64,000 bases of DNA from Eledone cirrhosa. Its lineage: Eukaryota. The DNA lies in contig OZ024740.1 in NCBI GenBank assembly GCA_964016885.1, forward strand, positions 421,600,001 through 421,664,000, read 5' to 3'. A model generated the notes under the pieces. It was not told where the DNA came from and did no database searches. It saw nothing but the letters and a program-made list of their open reading frames with translations. Position numbers and translations under genes: made by a program. Below are positions 1 to 11,327 of the stretch, one piece after another; within the stretch, counting starts at the first letter, position 1; every line of letters starts with the position of its first letter.

Positions 1-1340
1 TGGTTCGAGTGCAAACTATCCTTGAAAGGTCGAGTGGTGGTGGCGAACACTTTTATAGCGTCCGCCATCTACTACCGCTTGACCGTTGTGCCTTGTCCAG
101 CCAAAACGCTCACCAAAATGGAGCGTGCGCTCTTCCAATTCCTTTGGTGAGAAGATCCATCTGCTGCTAACACCCTTCCAACGGAGGGCTGGGGATGCCG
201 TGGCTGACGATGCGCAAACACGCACTCAAGCTGCGGCATCTCTACGTATTCCTCACCGGACAACCGGTGTGAGCCCCGTTCGTGAGGCGAGCCTTCCCAC
301 GACTCGTCTCGCTGACCGAGCTGCAGTCCTGGGCCAAGCAAAGACCGAGGAAAATGGGTGACTGGCACATCGAATGTGCTCAGGCGCTCACAGCCCTCTG
401 GCAGGCGGACCCGGCGATCAGTGGAGACTCCACTTCGTCATTCTATCGAGGGTTGATCCGCAGCAAGTGCGACGACGCGCTCGGTGGAACTCTAGGCGTA
501 GAGGAAGACGAACTGGTCAGTCTGTTCGGTAGGACCTTCCGCCCGGGACCGATGGACAACTTCCAAAAGTCCCTGGCCCGGCAGTGCTACCGAGGAGCTC
601 TACAGACATGGGCGCCCGAGCAGGGACCCTGCAAAAAAGATCTGTCCGAGGTGCGTGCGAGACAAAGAAACCGTTGTGCACGTATTCATACACTGCCCGG
701 GCGTCACCGACTGGTGGGGCTATGTAGCACGACTATTGTCGCGGGTGGGACCAATCCGGTTGACCACCGAGTCCATTGTCATGAGAGGCGGTTTTCCTTT
801 GTGTGATAGCTATGGCGAAAGAGGTTGAAAGGGCTGAGGTCAGACACCTTTCTCTCCGGCCAACAACTGATTCTTTTTTTCAAATACCACTTTGGAAGAA
901 GAATCAAGATGGAGAGAGAGGTGCTGCACCCCAGCAAGTTTTATGAAAGGTGGGTGAAAGTGGCGAGAATGGCCCGAGTGAATGGGCCTTCTCTCTATAT
1001 CAGCCTGTAGGTTGAGGAAAAGGAGGAGGAGAGGAAAGGAGTACAAACTCTTCGTACTCCAGGGTTGCACATTTTTTTTCGGGGGTATGTGTTACCCATA
1101 TGTAATGTCTCCCCCTATTGGGGAAAATCGGCTAATTTTTAAATTGCATTTGTGATATTTTACATGTTTTTATTGTATGTAAACTTCCCCCTTTGTATTT
1201 GTCCCCTTCTTTTGTGCCCCTGTGGCTAATAAAGAAATATATCTATCTTCCTCTGTCTATGTATATCTATCTATCCACCTCTGTCTGTATACCTATCTAT
1301 CTATCTATCTATCTTCCGCTGTCTGTTTACCCAATCTGTC
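1..1340 (+). mobile_element. 3' portion of a decayed non-LTR retrotransposon (L1/Tx1-like ORF2 C-terminus, 3' UTR, simple-repeat tail)
   Basis: GC-rich block in an AT-rich context. From 643 one frame reads CPRCVRDKETVVHVFIHCPG, a C-x2-C-x8-H-x4-C zinc knuckle typical of L1/Tx1 ORF2 C-termini, frameshifted relative to ORF 282..806. A C-terminal segment ...SKFYERWVKVARMA follows, then AATAAA at 1228-1233 and a (TCTA)-like tail. Clade assignment is from motif recognition only. Confidence 0.7.
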
Positions 1341-1689
1341 TATTTATTTATTATGTAATACAGAGAGAAACGACATTTGCAGCCATAAAAGGAAACAATA
1401 ACAACAAACATAGACACATACATGAAAAAACAAGACAGACACATATATGTTAAATATATACAAACACACGACAGACACATACATGTTAAATATATACACA
1501 TCTAATGATGGATGATGTTGGAATGAGAGAACTGATGAAGGAAAGAAGAAATATTGATTAGAGAGACATAACAAAGATATAACAGGAGTTGAAATAAAAA
1601 CCAAGAGAGTAAAATATATTGTAAAATATTGTAAAAGGCAGCGAGAGAGACGGGAAGCATGGTATCATACAGACCAGTGTGTGTTTATA

Positions 1690-2037
1690 CAGGGTGGACA
1701 AAGGTCGCAATACATAGGAAAATAATTACATTTTTAAGTTTCCATATTTATTTATTAACGTGTTCTTTTCTAAGTTACAGACACCCTGAAGATTTTTATC
1801 TTTGGGGACACTTGAAAGCCATGGTGTATCAGGAAAAAATAAGAGACAAATCATTTAAAGGACTACATCACCAACGCCATTACACACATAATTCCAGAGG
1901 TGCTAATGTGTGTTCATAAAGAGAGGGAGAAACATATTTCAATGTGTTTTCAAAATAATGGTAACCACGTAGAGCATGTTATATAAATAAATTGTTTCTT
2001 ATAAAAACATAATTATTTTTCCTGTGTATCACGACTG
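1690..2037 (+). mobile_element. Internally deleted Tc1/mariner DNA transposon
   Basis: Begins TA|CAGGGTG (TA 1688-1689) and ends CTG|TA (TA 2038-2039). Imperfect TIRs: gtcgcaatacataggaaaataatta versus the reverse complement of taattatttttcctgtgtatcacgac. The interior encodes DFYLWGHLKAMVYQEK...MCFQNNGNHVEHVI*, the typical mariner transposase C-terminus. Confidence 0.8.
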
Positions 2038-2589
2038 TATATATGTTATGGTTTAATTGCTATAACTTATTGTTTTGTTTAGTCTTTTACTCCCCAGACA
2101 GCTCTTTGGCTTGTGTCAGACGCTGTGACCCCGGCTGGACCAGCAGTACTGTCAGTGGATGGGGGTAGGCTTGAAACTGCCAGAAGTCTATCTCAACAGC
2201 TGAAGACCTTGGAGTTTTGTGTTTCGGTTGTCTTTTTATTTTCAAAAATATTTTTTTAAGGTTTCCCCTTCAAAAAAATGTTCATTCATTGACTTCTCTT
2301 ATATACATGAGACAAATTGTTGGTGGTCGTTGAAGAGAGAGAGATTCACTGTTAAGAGAACAACTCTTTCATTAACATATTTCTAAGGAAATACACTGTA
2401 TGTGAATTAATTAATGAAGACTGGCGAAATTTACAAATTTTTTGTATTTTTATTAAGATTGTATTAGTAACATAATTTAATAAAATGTTCTTATATAAAA
2501 TTATGTTGGAAGATTTTTAATTTAAATAAGAATTCTTTAAATGGGTGGTTTTCATAGAGACAGAAGCAGTTTGGAACAGGTTGGTATCA

Positions 2590-3300
2590 AAAAGATTAAT
2601 GGGTGTCTTTTGAAATACTAGGAGTACAATAGGATGACAGTTGGCAGGGTCAGGGATATGTCCCTTGTTAGAAATGAGACAATGTTTCCAAAGATCATTG
2701 TATTTCTCTGTAGAGAAGGACAGATTAAAAAATTTGGTAAGTAGAAGGGTTAGTTCTGGGAGGCATCGTTTGAGGGAAATGGAAGAGACATAGTCAGAGT
2801 CAGTGGCCTTGTTGGTTAGAAGTGACCGGAGATACTTTCATACTTGGTATGTATATATGCAAGGTGGGGGATACGTTAAAAGGAGATTTATCAAATGCAT
2901 GTAGTATACAGTAGGATGCAAAGCAGGCAGCAAAAGTGGAGACTTTCTCTACAGGAGTATTGCTTACAGAACCAACATGATAGAGAGTGGAGGGAAGGAG
3001 GATTCTGAGAAAATGATGGAGATCCCTTTTGGCAAGGGACCAGAACGATTGAGTATATTTTGGGAAGCAGGAGAGTTTGAGGGCTGTGTGATGCAGGGAG
3101 GCAACTTTCAAAAGTTGTGGTACTGGGTAAATGGTGTCGAGTTTTAAGGAGTAAGATAACCTTTCCACATGTAGGCCTTGTCTTTTGTCTGAACTACTCT
3201 GTAGCAGTAGCACAGATAAGTGAAACTACTTGAGGTATGGAGATAATGTTGTGTATGGGAGATGGAGGAACACACCTAAGAGTATGGGTTCCATCACCTA
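2590..3300 (-). mobile_element. Degenerate CR1/L2/Jockey-group LINE ORF2 fragment (linker plus start of RT)
   Basis: Minus strand about 2780-2600 reads roughly LKRCLPELTLLLTKFFNLSFST...LWKHCLISNKGHIPDPANCHPIVLL, a decayed version of the LKxC..L..LFN.S....WK.A...PKKG...P.NYRPI RT N-terminal motif. Upstream ORF 2800..3213 contains SFWSLAK, as in linker regions of these elements. Boundaries are approximate. Confidence 0.6.
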
Positions 3301-3465
3301 TTTAACCTATGTCTAAATCTGACAATGACTGCTGTATTATAAATGTTAAGGACATGTAAAGGCCACTTTCATGCAACCCATCTAATGTCTGACAACAAAG
3401 AAAATTAAATTTAAAAAACAAAAGAAAATGAAAACAAAACACAAACAAAAACAAGCGAAAATAAT

Positions 3466-3468
<3 letters not shown>

Positions 3469-3520
<52 letters not shown>
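3469..3520. repeat. (TA)n microsatellite
   Basis: Perfect TA run visible directly, about 60 bp from the donor site of the downstream EZH exon. Confidence 0.95.
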
Positions 3521-3521
<1 letters not shown>

Positions 3522-3583
3522 CCCACGCAAGCATGGAAAAGTGGACGTGATGATGATATATATAAATAATGGTGTCAACTTAC

Positions 3584-3750
3584 AGTCACTGCTACATTGG
3601 CAAAACTTCTCACAAAAATTCTGTGCCACAATGCATGGACAGGTATCATCACATCTCTGGCCAGGATGGTCACACGGCTGGTAGTTGTAGACTGGGTTCG
3701 ACACACTGTCTTTCTTCAACTGAATCTTTCTGCAATGCATAGACCATAAC
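3584..3750 (-). CDS. EZH2: Internal coding exon of Enhancer of zeste homolog (PRC2 H3K27 methyltransferase), start of CXC/pre-SET domain
   Basis: 167 nt. Acceptor ttcttggtgtgcag|G, donor T|gtaagt. Translates (R)[55 protein letters not shown](C), nearly identical to the EZH2/E(z) [14 protein letters not shown]...YNYQPCDHP...[17 protein letters not shown] segment. Phase joins the 13100-13194 exon (AG+G = Arg). Confidence 0.96.
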
Positions 3751-4479
3751 CTGCACACCAAGAAACAGAAGACGGCCATTTTACAAGCAGACAACCACAT
3801 GCATACAAAGCATTGCCCCTTGCTGCTGCCGCCACCGATGCTATACCGCTTTGTTGTAATTCTTTGCAGTCCATTCTTGTTTCCACCATAAAAGTCTGGC
3901 CATATATACCACTGGTTTTTGGAATATGGAGCTTGCTTCTTCTATAGTCTCTCCGGGCTATATTCATGACTGTAGTGGGTTGTGGGTTCTTGCTTCTGTG
4001 TTTGTTAGCCACTGTTTGATGTGATTCTAAACATTACTATCAAACAAACACGTGTACAGTTATTTAATTACTCGGTCATTCCTGAGAGTGGACACTTATG
4101 GTCATCCTGTCTTATACTTTTTCAGGCACAGTCTCCAGGACCACACTTTAAAATGCCTCCTAGCTTTTGTAAGACAGGAAGTGATATGAGGGGAATTCTG
4201 GTTACTATTTCTAGTGGGTTAAGCAACTCTTTAGAGGCTCTCTCTATGTGTGTGTAATATTACAGTGTGCCATCTGTGGGATATGGTATGGTGAAGATAC
4301 TTGGGTGAATATTTCATCAGTGCACACAGTTCTACACAGCTCTGTGATAATGGACACTAAACCAGTTCAGGTTACTAACTGGGATCCTACTGAGGGTAAT
4401 GGTCCTATTGAAAACTTTGAAGAGATGGGGGTAGGCTTGTAGAGTAATAGTGCAGTGATCTTCGTTAATGCTGAGTCAA

Positions 4480-4810
4480 GCAAAACCACAGTGAAAAGCA
4501 TTCCAGGTTTGACCATCCTAGCGCACTCAAGACCACATTATACAATGTCTCTTTTTCTAGGACAGTAGGATGTAATTGGAGAGCTATTTGACTGCTATTT
4601 CTTGCAGTTTAAATGACCATGAAAGGGTTTCCATATGTTAGCCTCATGTCAGACATGAATGAACAGAAGCACTCCAGCCATGACCAAACAGGTCTTTCTG
4701 TATATGTAGGACTACATCTTCCAATGTGTCCTTCCTTTTTTTAAGACATTAGGGTGTGATTTGATGTAAATTTGACAGCTATTTCTAGTAGGATGAGCTC
4801 CCTCATTAGC
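4480..4810. repeat. Two diverged adjacent copies of an interspersed repeat (SINE-like remnant)
   Basis: Shared segments aagcattccaggtttgacca / aagcactccagccatgacca and atttgactgctatttct / atttgacagctatttct recur about 170-190 bp apart. Family not determined. Confidence 0.4.
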
Positions 4811-5437
4811 CCACCCTGGTGTAATGCAGTGTGGTGTAGACAACATATACTGCTTGTAGTTGTTTCAATATTTTTTACAATTCAAGTAGGTGCAGCCTTA
4901 TTAGGCTATTAACTTACTACAACAATTCACGTTTCTCCTTGCATCTGGCATCACACAGCCCATGTATAAACATGGATATGATGCTGTTCTTGTTAATGTT
5001 GTAGATCTTTCTAGCTGCTTCTCATATTGCCATCAGATACAGATCTCAATCACTTTCCTCTAATATTGAAGGCTAATCTCCAGGTGGAGGTGCTCTGGAG
5101 AGAGAGAGAGGAGTGAATGAGAGATTCAAATGATAGATATCCTGGCAGTGAATAGGTGTTTGTTTGGCGGGGCAGCCAGCATGCTGAGGTATGCAGGAAG
5201 CTTGCAAACACAGATTCTACTTCTTCCACACACATGGCTCCACAAAACAACACACACACTTTGCACTTAGTAAATATAGCTATATATATATACACATATA
5301 TAGTCATGCAGCAAGCCAGCACACAACATCTCCAAATTCAAGACTGTTATAATTTGCCTTTAACAAAACACTGCCTTAATTAATAATGTAATACTAAAAT
5401 ATCCCACACACACACTCAGACATAATAACAATAATAA

Positions 5438-5825
5438 GATATTGTAGTCAAGGACTACAAAGAAAAATGTCTTCTAATAGATGTATCATTCCCCACAGAT
5501 GACAATATTGAGAAATTGAGCAGTTATCCAAATATAAAGATCTAGACATAGAAATAACCTGAATGTGGATGAAGACAGAGAAACAATAGCTATTATAATA
5601 GGTGCTCTAGGAATGATAAAAACACACAGAAATACATAGCCAAAACTTGAGGACTTACAAATATATACACCATACAGAAAATAGCACTGCTAGGCACTGC
5701 ACACATATGAAGAGTAACCTCAATACAACAGAACACACACACTACACATAGCCAAGGTGCACAGAGCTGCACTTGGTAATGTACAAAATAATAATGATGA
5801 TAATGACAATAGTAATGAAGATAAT
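5438..5825 (+). mobile_element. 3' end of an R4/Dong/NeSL-type retrotransposon (restriction-like endonuclease domain) with (TAA)n-like tail
   Basis: Decayed frames read DIVVKDYKEK..LIDVSFPTDDN...KYKDLDIEIT..W....IIIGALGMIK...IQKIALLGTAHI, the PD-(D/E)xK REL domain and C-terminus of this clade. Followed by an AAT/GAT-rich tail. Confidence 0.75.
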
Positions 5826-6009
5826 TGTTTCTACTTTAGGCACAAGACCAGCAAATACCCAGTGCATTACTGGTACTTTATTTTATCGACCCCGTAAGGA
5901 TGAAAGGCAAAGTTAACCTCGGCGGGATTTGAACTCAGATCGTAAAGGGACGTAACTATGCTGGAAAGCATGTCGTCCGACCCTCCACCGATACTGCCAA
6001 TCCACCGCC
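5826..6009 (-). mobile_element. tRNA-derived SINE
   Basis: Minus strand starts ggcggtggattggcagtatcgg (A-box-like) and has B-box gagttcaaatccc, then the core ctttgcctttcatccttacggggtcgataaaataaagtaccag and 3' end cttgtgcctaaagtagaaa. Flanked by atgaagataat at 5815-5825 and 6010-6020 (possible TSD). Confidence 0.8.
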
Positions 6010-6075
6010 ATGAAGATAATGATAATAGTAATGAAGATAATGATAATAGTAATAAAGATAATGATAATAGTAATC

Positions 6076-6178
6076 ATTTTTAATTTAGGCACAAGGCCAG
6101 CAATTGTGTACTTTATTTTATTGTCCTTATGAAAGGCAAAGTTGACCTCATATTGTGCAACGCTCTACCAGCTTACAA
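6076..6178 (-). mobile_element. Second, internally deleted copy of the same SINE
   Basis: Shares ttaggcacaag.ccagcaa, gtactttatttta and atgaaaggcaaagtt.acctc with the 5826-6009 copy. Confidence 0.65.
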
Positions 6179-7278
6179 TATTAATAATTGGTTTCAGACT
6201 GGTACAAGGTGACAAATTAATAGGTGAGATATAACAGTTAATATTGTGCTGCATGGCTGGTGCAAAAATTCATGAACTCCAAGTGGCTATCTACCTGTAA
6301 ATAAGGACCATGATGATGTGCAGCTTGTTACTGGAGGTAGCAGAACCCTATAAAACTAATAAGTATTCCTTAGCTTGTTGTGCTTGGTTTAAATACTCCT
6401 GTGGGATAAATCTGTGACATTAATAAGGATGGTGTCCAATCCAGTTAGAGAATAGCTTTTAACCACTTCAAATACCCAAAAACTGAGATTAGCTTATAGC
6501 TCTCTGCAATGAACAGATCTTTGTTGGTTTGAACAAATGAGAATCTTACATGTTCCATAGAAATTTTATAATAGTGGAAGACACTTGTACTCTTAATTTA
6601 TAGGTACACCCCATCCAATGGAATTTCATACAGTTTTCATTTATTCATTTCACTGATAACGTTTGGACCAAGCAAAGACTATGATAGAAGATACATGTTT
6701 AAAGTGGCACAGAGTAGGATCAAATGAGGAACCTTGTGATTGGAAAAGAAATTTCTCAATCACAAAGTTTTGCCCCCACACTGAAGACACTGCTACATAG
6801 AAAAAAAATTTAAAACAAATATCTTCACTAGAGCCATTGTAGATAATTATATTACAGATCATGAAACAAAATTAGACAGAAAAATATTAGTTGACAACAC
6901 TACCATATTATATAGTATTCCACAGCAGAAATCATGATTTTTTTAATAGTATAAACAGTTTTTATGAATCTACTTTAATATAAATATATAAATTTATATA
7001 AAACTCACACATGCACCTACCAAATAAACTATGTATGTCAACAAGAATATTCAGAGTTAGAAACAGGTGTGCTTGGAATTGGTTTAGCTGAATAGATTAA
7101 GTGGAATTGAGAAAGGCAAAATATTCAATCAAAATAATAAGGAATTGTTGATATTGTACATATAGAGGTGGGAAAACAATGATGAAGCAAGGCCATGCAG
7201 AACAACAATAACAACAACATGTGATGACAGCAAGATAGAGGCAACAGCAGTACAGGCAAAATATACAATAGGGAGAAT

Positions 7279-7393
7279 ATATACATATATACATGTATAT
7301 ATACACACACAAATATATATATATATATATATATATACATACATATATATATATATACACACACACATATACATATATATATTCACACACACA
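7279..7393. repeat. Compound (TA)/(CA) microsatellite
   Basis: Directly visible. Continues on the other side of the RTE element at about 8447-8580. Confidence 0.9.
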
Positions 7394-8446
7394 CATCATC
7401 ATCATCATCATTTAACGTCTATCTTCCACGCTCGCATGGGTTAGACGAGAGTTGTCCCAATTTGAGGCAAGGTTGTTCGGGTGACCGTGTCTTGCTCATA
7501 TAGGACTGTCTGGCAGGTTTTCTACGGCTGGATGCTCTTCCTAACACCAACCACATTTACAGTGTGGACTGGGAACTTTTTACCGTGTTACCTACACGGC
7601 CACATTACAATGTGGACTGTGTTTTTTTTTGTCGTGACACCTACACGATCTCGATCTCATTATCTCATTTATTTGGACTGGATGTTGTGGTACCAACTTT
7701 ACAGAGAAAAGGTGGTGTTGGTGGGAGTGGGAGGGTGGAGTAGGGGTAGTGGGATGGGGTGCATATTTGGTTAAGAGGTGCCTACTGACTGTAAGTTTCG
7801 CTTTGTACATAGGCAAGGTGGGTCTTCTGTATTACTGAGTGGCGCCAAAGATCTTGGTCTAGTGATATTGTCTTAGAGAGGTGCAAGTGTGTAAGGTCGG
7901 AATTTATCAAATCGTCCCAGGTTTTTCTGGGTCTACCTACTCCGTAACTTCCATCAATTTTGATCGCCCTACATTTTTTTATACAGCTGTCGTCTTTCAT
8001 GCACATCACGTGACCATATCAATGTCGTCTTCTCTCAAGTAAACAGCATCTGATCCCTCTTATTCCTAATTTCTCACTTAGTTCATTTATGCTTTGCTGT
8101 TCACGTATATTACTATTACACATCCAACGGAACATGCATGCTTCGTACCTTTCCAGTCTGCGCAGGTCCTCTGCACACAATGCCCAGGTCTCACTGCCAT
8201 GTAACATTGCTGTTCGTATGCAGGCATCATACAATCTGCCTTTCATTTTTAGAGAGAACCCTTTTGTGGCCAACAGCGGTATAAGCTCTCTGAACTTTTT
8301 CCATCCAGTTCTGACTCTAGCTACTGTAGTTTCAGAGCACCCTCCACCACTGCTGATTTTGTCACCCAGGTAACGGAAAGTGTCCACTATTCCTATAGAA
8401 CCATCTGAGCAATAGAAGGAGCTAGTATCCTGTGGGCACTTGCTAC
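7394..8446 (-). mobile_element. 5'-truncated RTE-clade LINE with (GAT)n tail
   Basis: ORFs 8019..8480 and 7782..8009 join through one in-frame TGA: FRYLGDKIS...ARVRTGWKKFRELIPLL...KGRLYDACIRTAMLHGSETW...RRRH*YGHVM...GRPRKTW, the classic RTE C-terminus. The 3' UTR ends gacgttaaa(tga)n, seen as (CAT)n from 7394. Inserted into a TA/CA microsatellite. Confidence 0.9.
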
Positions 8447-8484
8447 TTATACATATATAAATATATATATACACACACACACAT

Positions 8485-8518
<34 letters not shown>

Positions 8519-8580
8519 TATATATATATATTTATTATACATATACATGCATACACACATATACATACATATACATATTA
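8447..8580. repeat. Compound (TA)/(CA) microsatellite
   Basis: Directly visible low-complexity TA/CA run. Confidence 0.9.
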
Positions 8581-9137
8581 TATCAAAGATACAACAGATA
8601 TTTCTTTAATAAACATTTGTTTGTTTTTCTCATATTTCCTTATTTGTCCTTTATGCTCCATTAAACAGCCAAATGAAATATCAACTTGCTTGGTTGATCA
8701 TGTGTTTTCAATAAAGAGTCATTATAGTAAAATATATTAGAGAACATGAAACAAAACTAAACAGGAAAATATTAGTTGACAACACTTCTATATTATAAAG
8801 TATAACAGCAGAAATCATGTCATTTTCTTAATAAACAGTAAAGTGTAAATAACAAAACCTCAACACACTGATATAGCACATAATAAATCAACCAGTAGTT
8901 AATAGTTAAATAATTTTAAATTTGGGCGATGATGATTTTAGCAGTTACATCATTGAGACGATACTTTGCCGCAGGAAAGGGCTGTATTATTCAGAAGATG
9001 AGATAAAGAAATGATAATAGATAGAGAGGAACATTATTGTTGCAACCTAAACACAAAGGACAATAAGGAAATATGAAACATCTTGAAGAAAAAAAAAAGA
9101 TTTAAAAACACAATCATATACATTAACACACAAATAT

Positions 9138-9222
9138 CTATATGTGTGTGTACATATATATGTATGTGTGCATATATATATATATGTGTATATACATATA
9201 CATGTATGTGTGCATATATATA
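9138..9222. repeat. (TA)/(TG) low-complexity microsatellite
   Basis: Directly visible. Confidence 0.85.
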
Positions 9223-9615
9223 TGGAAATGGGTTATTACAATCTGATAGAAAGATTGAGGAAGGAAATGTGAATTAAAGCGAACAGCGGGTTAGAATACA
9301 GACTGACATGCAGGCATCTTAAGGCATAAAATAAATAATATTAATAATAATACTAATATTAATAACAATACCAATAACAATTATTATTATTACTAATACA
9401 ATAGTTAGTAGAGTATAGACAGGCACATGTATAATAAGACACACAAGAATACAAGAAACGAATTGAAACATGCACAATAAAGGAATGGTAATTTACTTCC
9501 CTCTCAGTAAATTTGCAAAAATGATTGGATTAAAGGAAGATTTTTAAATATCTCCAACATCAGAGTGAAACTGGAACTCATGGAAACAAATTGTTCATCT
9601 AAACTGATAGTTTAA

Positions 9616-9836
9616 CCCTTTAACATTTACATTACTCTATATATACTATTGTATTTCTATGGTAAAGGCTTTATCTTACATAACTATCTAATATAATATT
9701 GAATCTATGAGATTTTGATGTTATTTATTTTGAGAACAATACCTTAAAGTCAGTATGAGTAGCAAGTTATGGCTGGTTTGAACAGAAAGAGGTGAGAGAG
9801 ATCTAGCCAGATATGGCCGGTTTAAATGCTAAAGTG
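9616..9836. mobile_element. Non-autonomous TTAA-targeting (piggyBac-like) MITE
   Basis: TTAA at 9612-9615 and 9837-9840. Termini ccctttaacattta and taaatgctaaagtg (reverse complement cactttagcattta) form imperfect TIRs, the left one starting CCC. No coding capacity. Confidence 0.7.
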
Positions 9837-10214
9837 TTAATAAAAGATGGGGATAGGCTGATATTTATTATTTTTTCTATCAAAATAAATACACATATGA
9901 CAATAAGTGGAATATGTGAATTTGTACAAAATACAGAGGGACATATTTTCTGTTTCAAATTTTCTGCTGAGGGCCATAGGAAAGTATTTTGCAGACCACA
10001 TGTTTGAAACCTCTAATTTAGAGCTTTGGGCAAGTTGCCTTGTGGTATTTGTTCTGAGTTCACACTCATTATGGTCTACTTTTGGATAATAGACATAATC
10101 TATCACCTGGTTTTAACACTACCAACTGACCCTTGGATAACTTTAGTAGAGTTCAGTTACAAGAATTCAGAAAAGACTCCACTTTGGTAACGTCTTTACC
10201 CCTAATTTATACAC

Positions 10215-10302
10215 ATCCAGGGATCAATTTATAGATATCAAGGGATCAATTTATAGATATCCAGGGATCAATTAATAGATATCCAGGGATCAATTTATAG
10301 AT
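10215..10302. repeat. 22-bp tandem repeat, 4 copies
   Basis: Unit atccagggatcaatttatagat starts at 10215, 10237, 10259 and 10281, with single substitutions. Confidence 0.95.
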
Positions 10303-10908
10303 TAAATATTTACGGACTAATCCTCGTTTTACCTATGTTTATTAGGTTTACCATTAGATCCTCACTCCGATAAATTTGTCAGATTCTATTTAGTCTTATC
10401 AATAAAAGAACATTTTATATGAGGGAAGAATTGCAGAAAATTTATGATGGTACTTGTTAAAATGGTTATGATATAGAATGAGCACTATTTTGTTTTGTTT
10501 ATTTTATTCTACCTTGGCCATAATTAAACATGAATTTTCTGAGTATGTATACTTCTAGCTCCACCAACACCTCAATATTCTAATGACCAGATGAGGAGGG
10601 GAAGTGGGGGAGTAGGAGTATGTTCAATTAAAACCATGAATAATCATCATCATACAATTTAATACACTTTCTAAGTATACACCCTACTCCCACTAACACC
10701 TCACCAAAATATAATTTATTTGATAGAAATTTAAGCCATGAAGACATAAATGTTAACAAAATGGAGGATATTTAAACTAAAAGCCATAAAAATTGTGCTA
10801 TTTATAATCTAAACGTTAATATTACTGATCTGGAGATATTATTAACTAGTAAAATAAATAACATGTAAATTTAAATTTATGTACAAAGTAGTTTAATATT
10901 TAGTATTT

Positions 10909-11036
10909 GTACTAGTGTAGCTTGGTTGTACTATCTCATAGTACTAATGTAGCTTGGTTGTACTATCTCATAGTACTAGTGTAGCTTGGTTGTACTATCT
11001 CATAGTACTAGTGTAGCTTGGTTGTACTATCTCATA
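10909..11036. repeat. 32-bp tandem repeat, 4 copies
   Basis: Unit gtactagtgtagcttggttgtactatctcata starts at 10909, 10941, 10973 and 11005. Confidence 0.95.
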
Positions 11037-11124
11037 TTACAACTTAGCTTGACTTAAGAACTACTGAATACTTTCGTTCATAAATTGTAACTTTTTTTTA
11101 TATCTAAATACTTTGAAGTTAAAG

Positions 11125-11240
11125 ATGGTGAATTGACTGTCAGTAATATGTCAGATTAGATGACTCAGGATCTGTTCTGGCTTTCTGTATTCAGGAGTTC
11201 AAATCCCACTGAAGTTAACTTTGCCTTTTATCTTTTTGCT
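11125..11240 (+). mobile_element. Degenerate 5' fragment of the tRNA-derived SINE
   Basis: gagttcaaatcccactgaagttaactttgcctttt matches the B-box and core of the 5826-6009 SINE, in the opposite orientation. Confidence 0.6.
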
Positions 11241-11327
11241 ACATCTCTCTTTATTATTTTTCTGAAAGAAATCGGCTGTGTTCAGACCTGGAGATGGGAT
11301 GGGCTCCATCAGGTTTAAATGCCCAAG

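Noticed and set aside
2170-2590. Possible Penelope-like or other retroelement fragment on the minus strand
   Set aside because: It looks repeat-derived, but I could not identify a diagnostic motif.
3716-4012. 98-aa minus-strand ORF just upstream of the CXC exon as a possible alternative exon
   Set aside because: It is out of frame with the EZH exon, lacks a pyrimidine-rich acceptor and a phase-compatible donor that I could identify, and shows no recognisable homology.
5826-6009. tRNA gene suggested by A/B boxes
   Set aside because: No cloverleaf; it continues into a SINE core that recurs at 6076 and 11125.
3302-9277. Short ORFs rich in YI/CV repeats (3302-3526, 7097-7411, 8432-8740, 9083-9277)
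   Set aside because: Translations of TA/CA/TG microsatellites.
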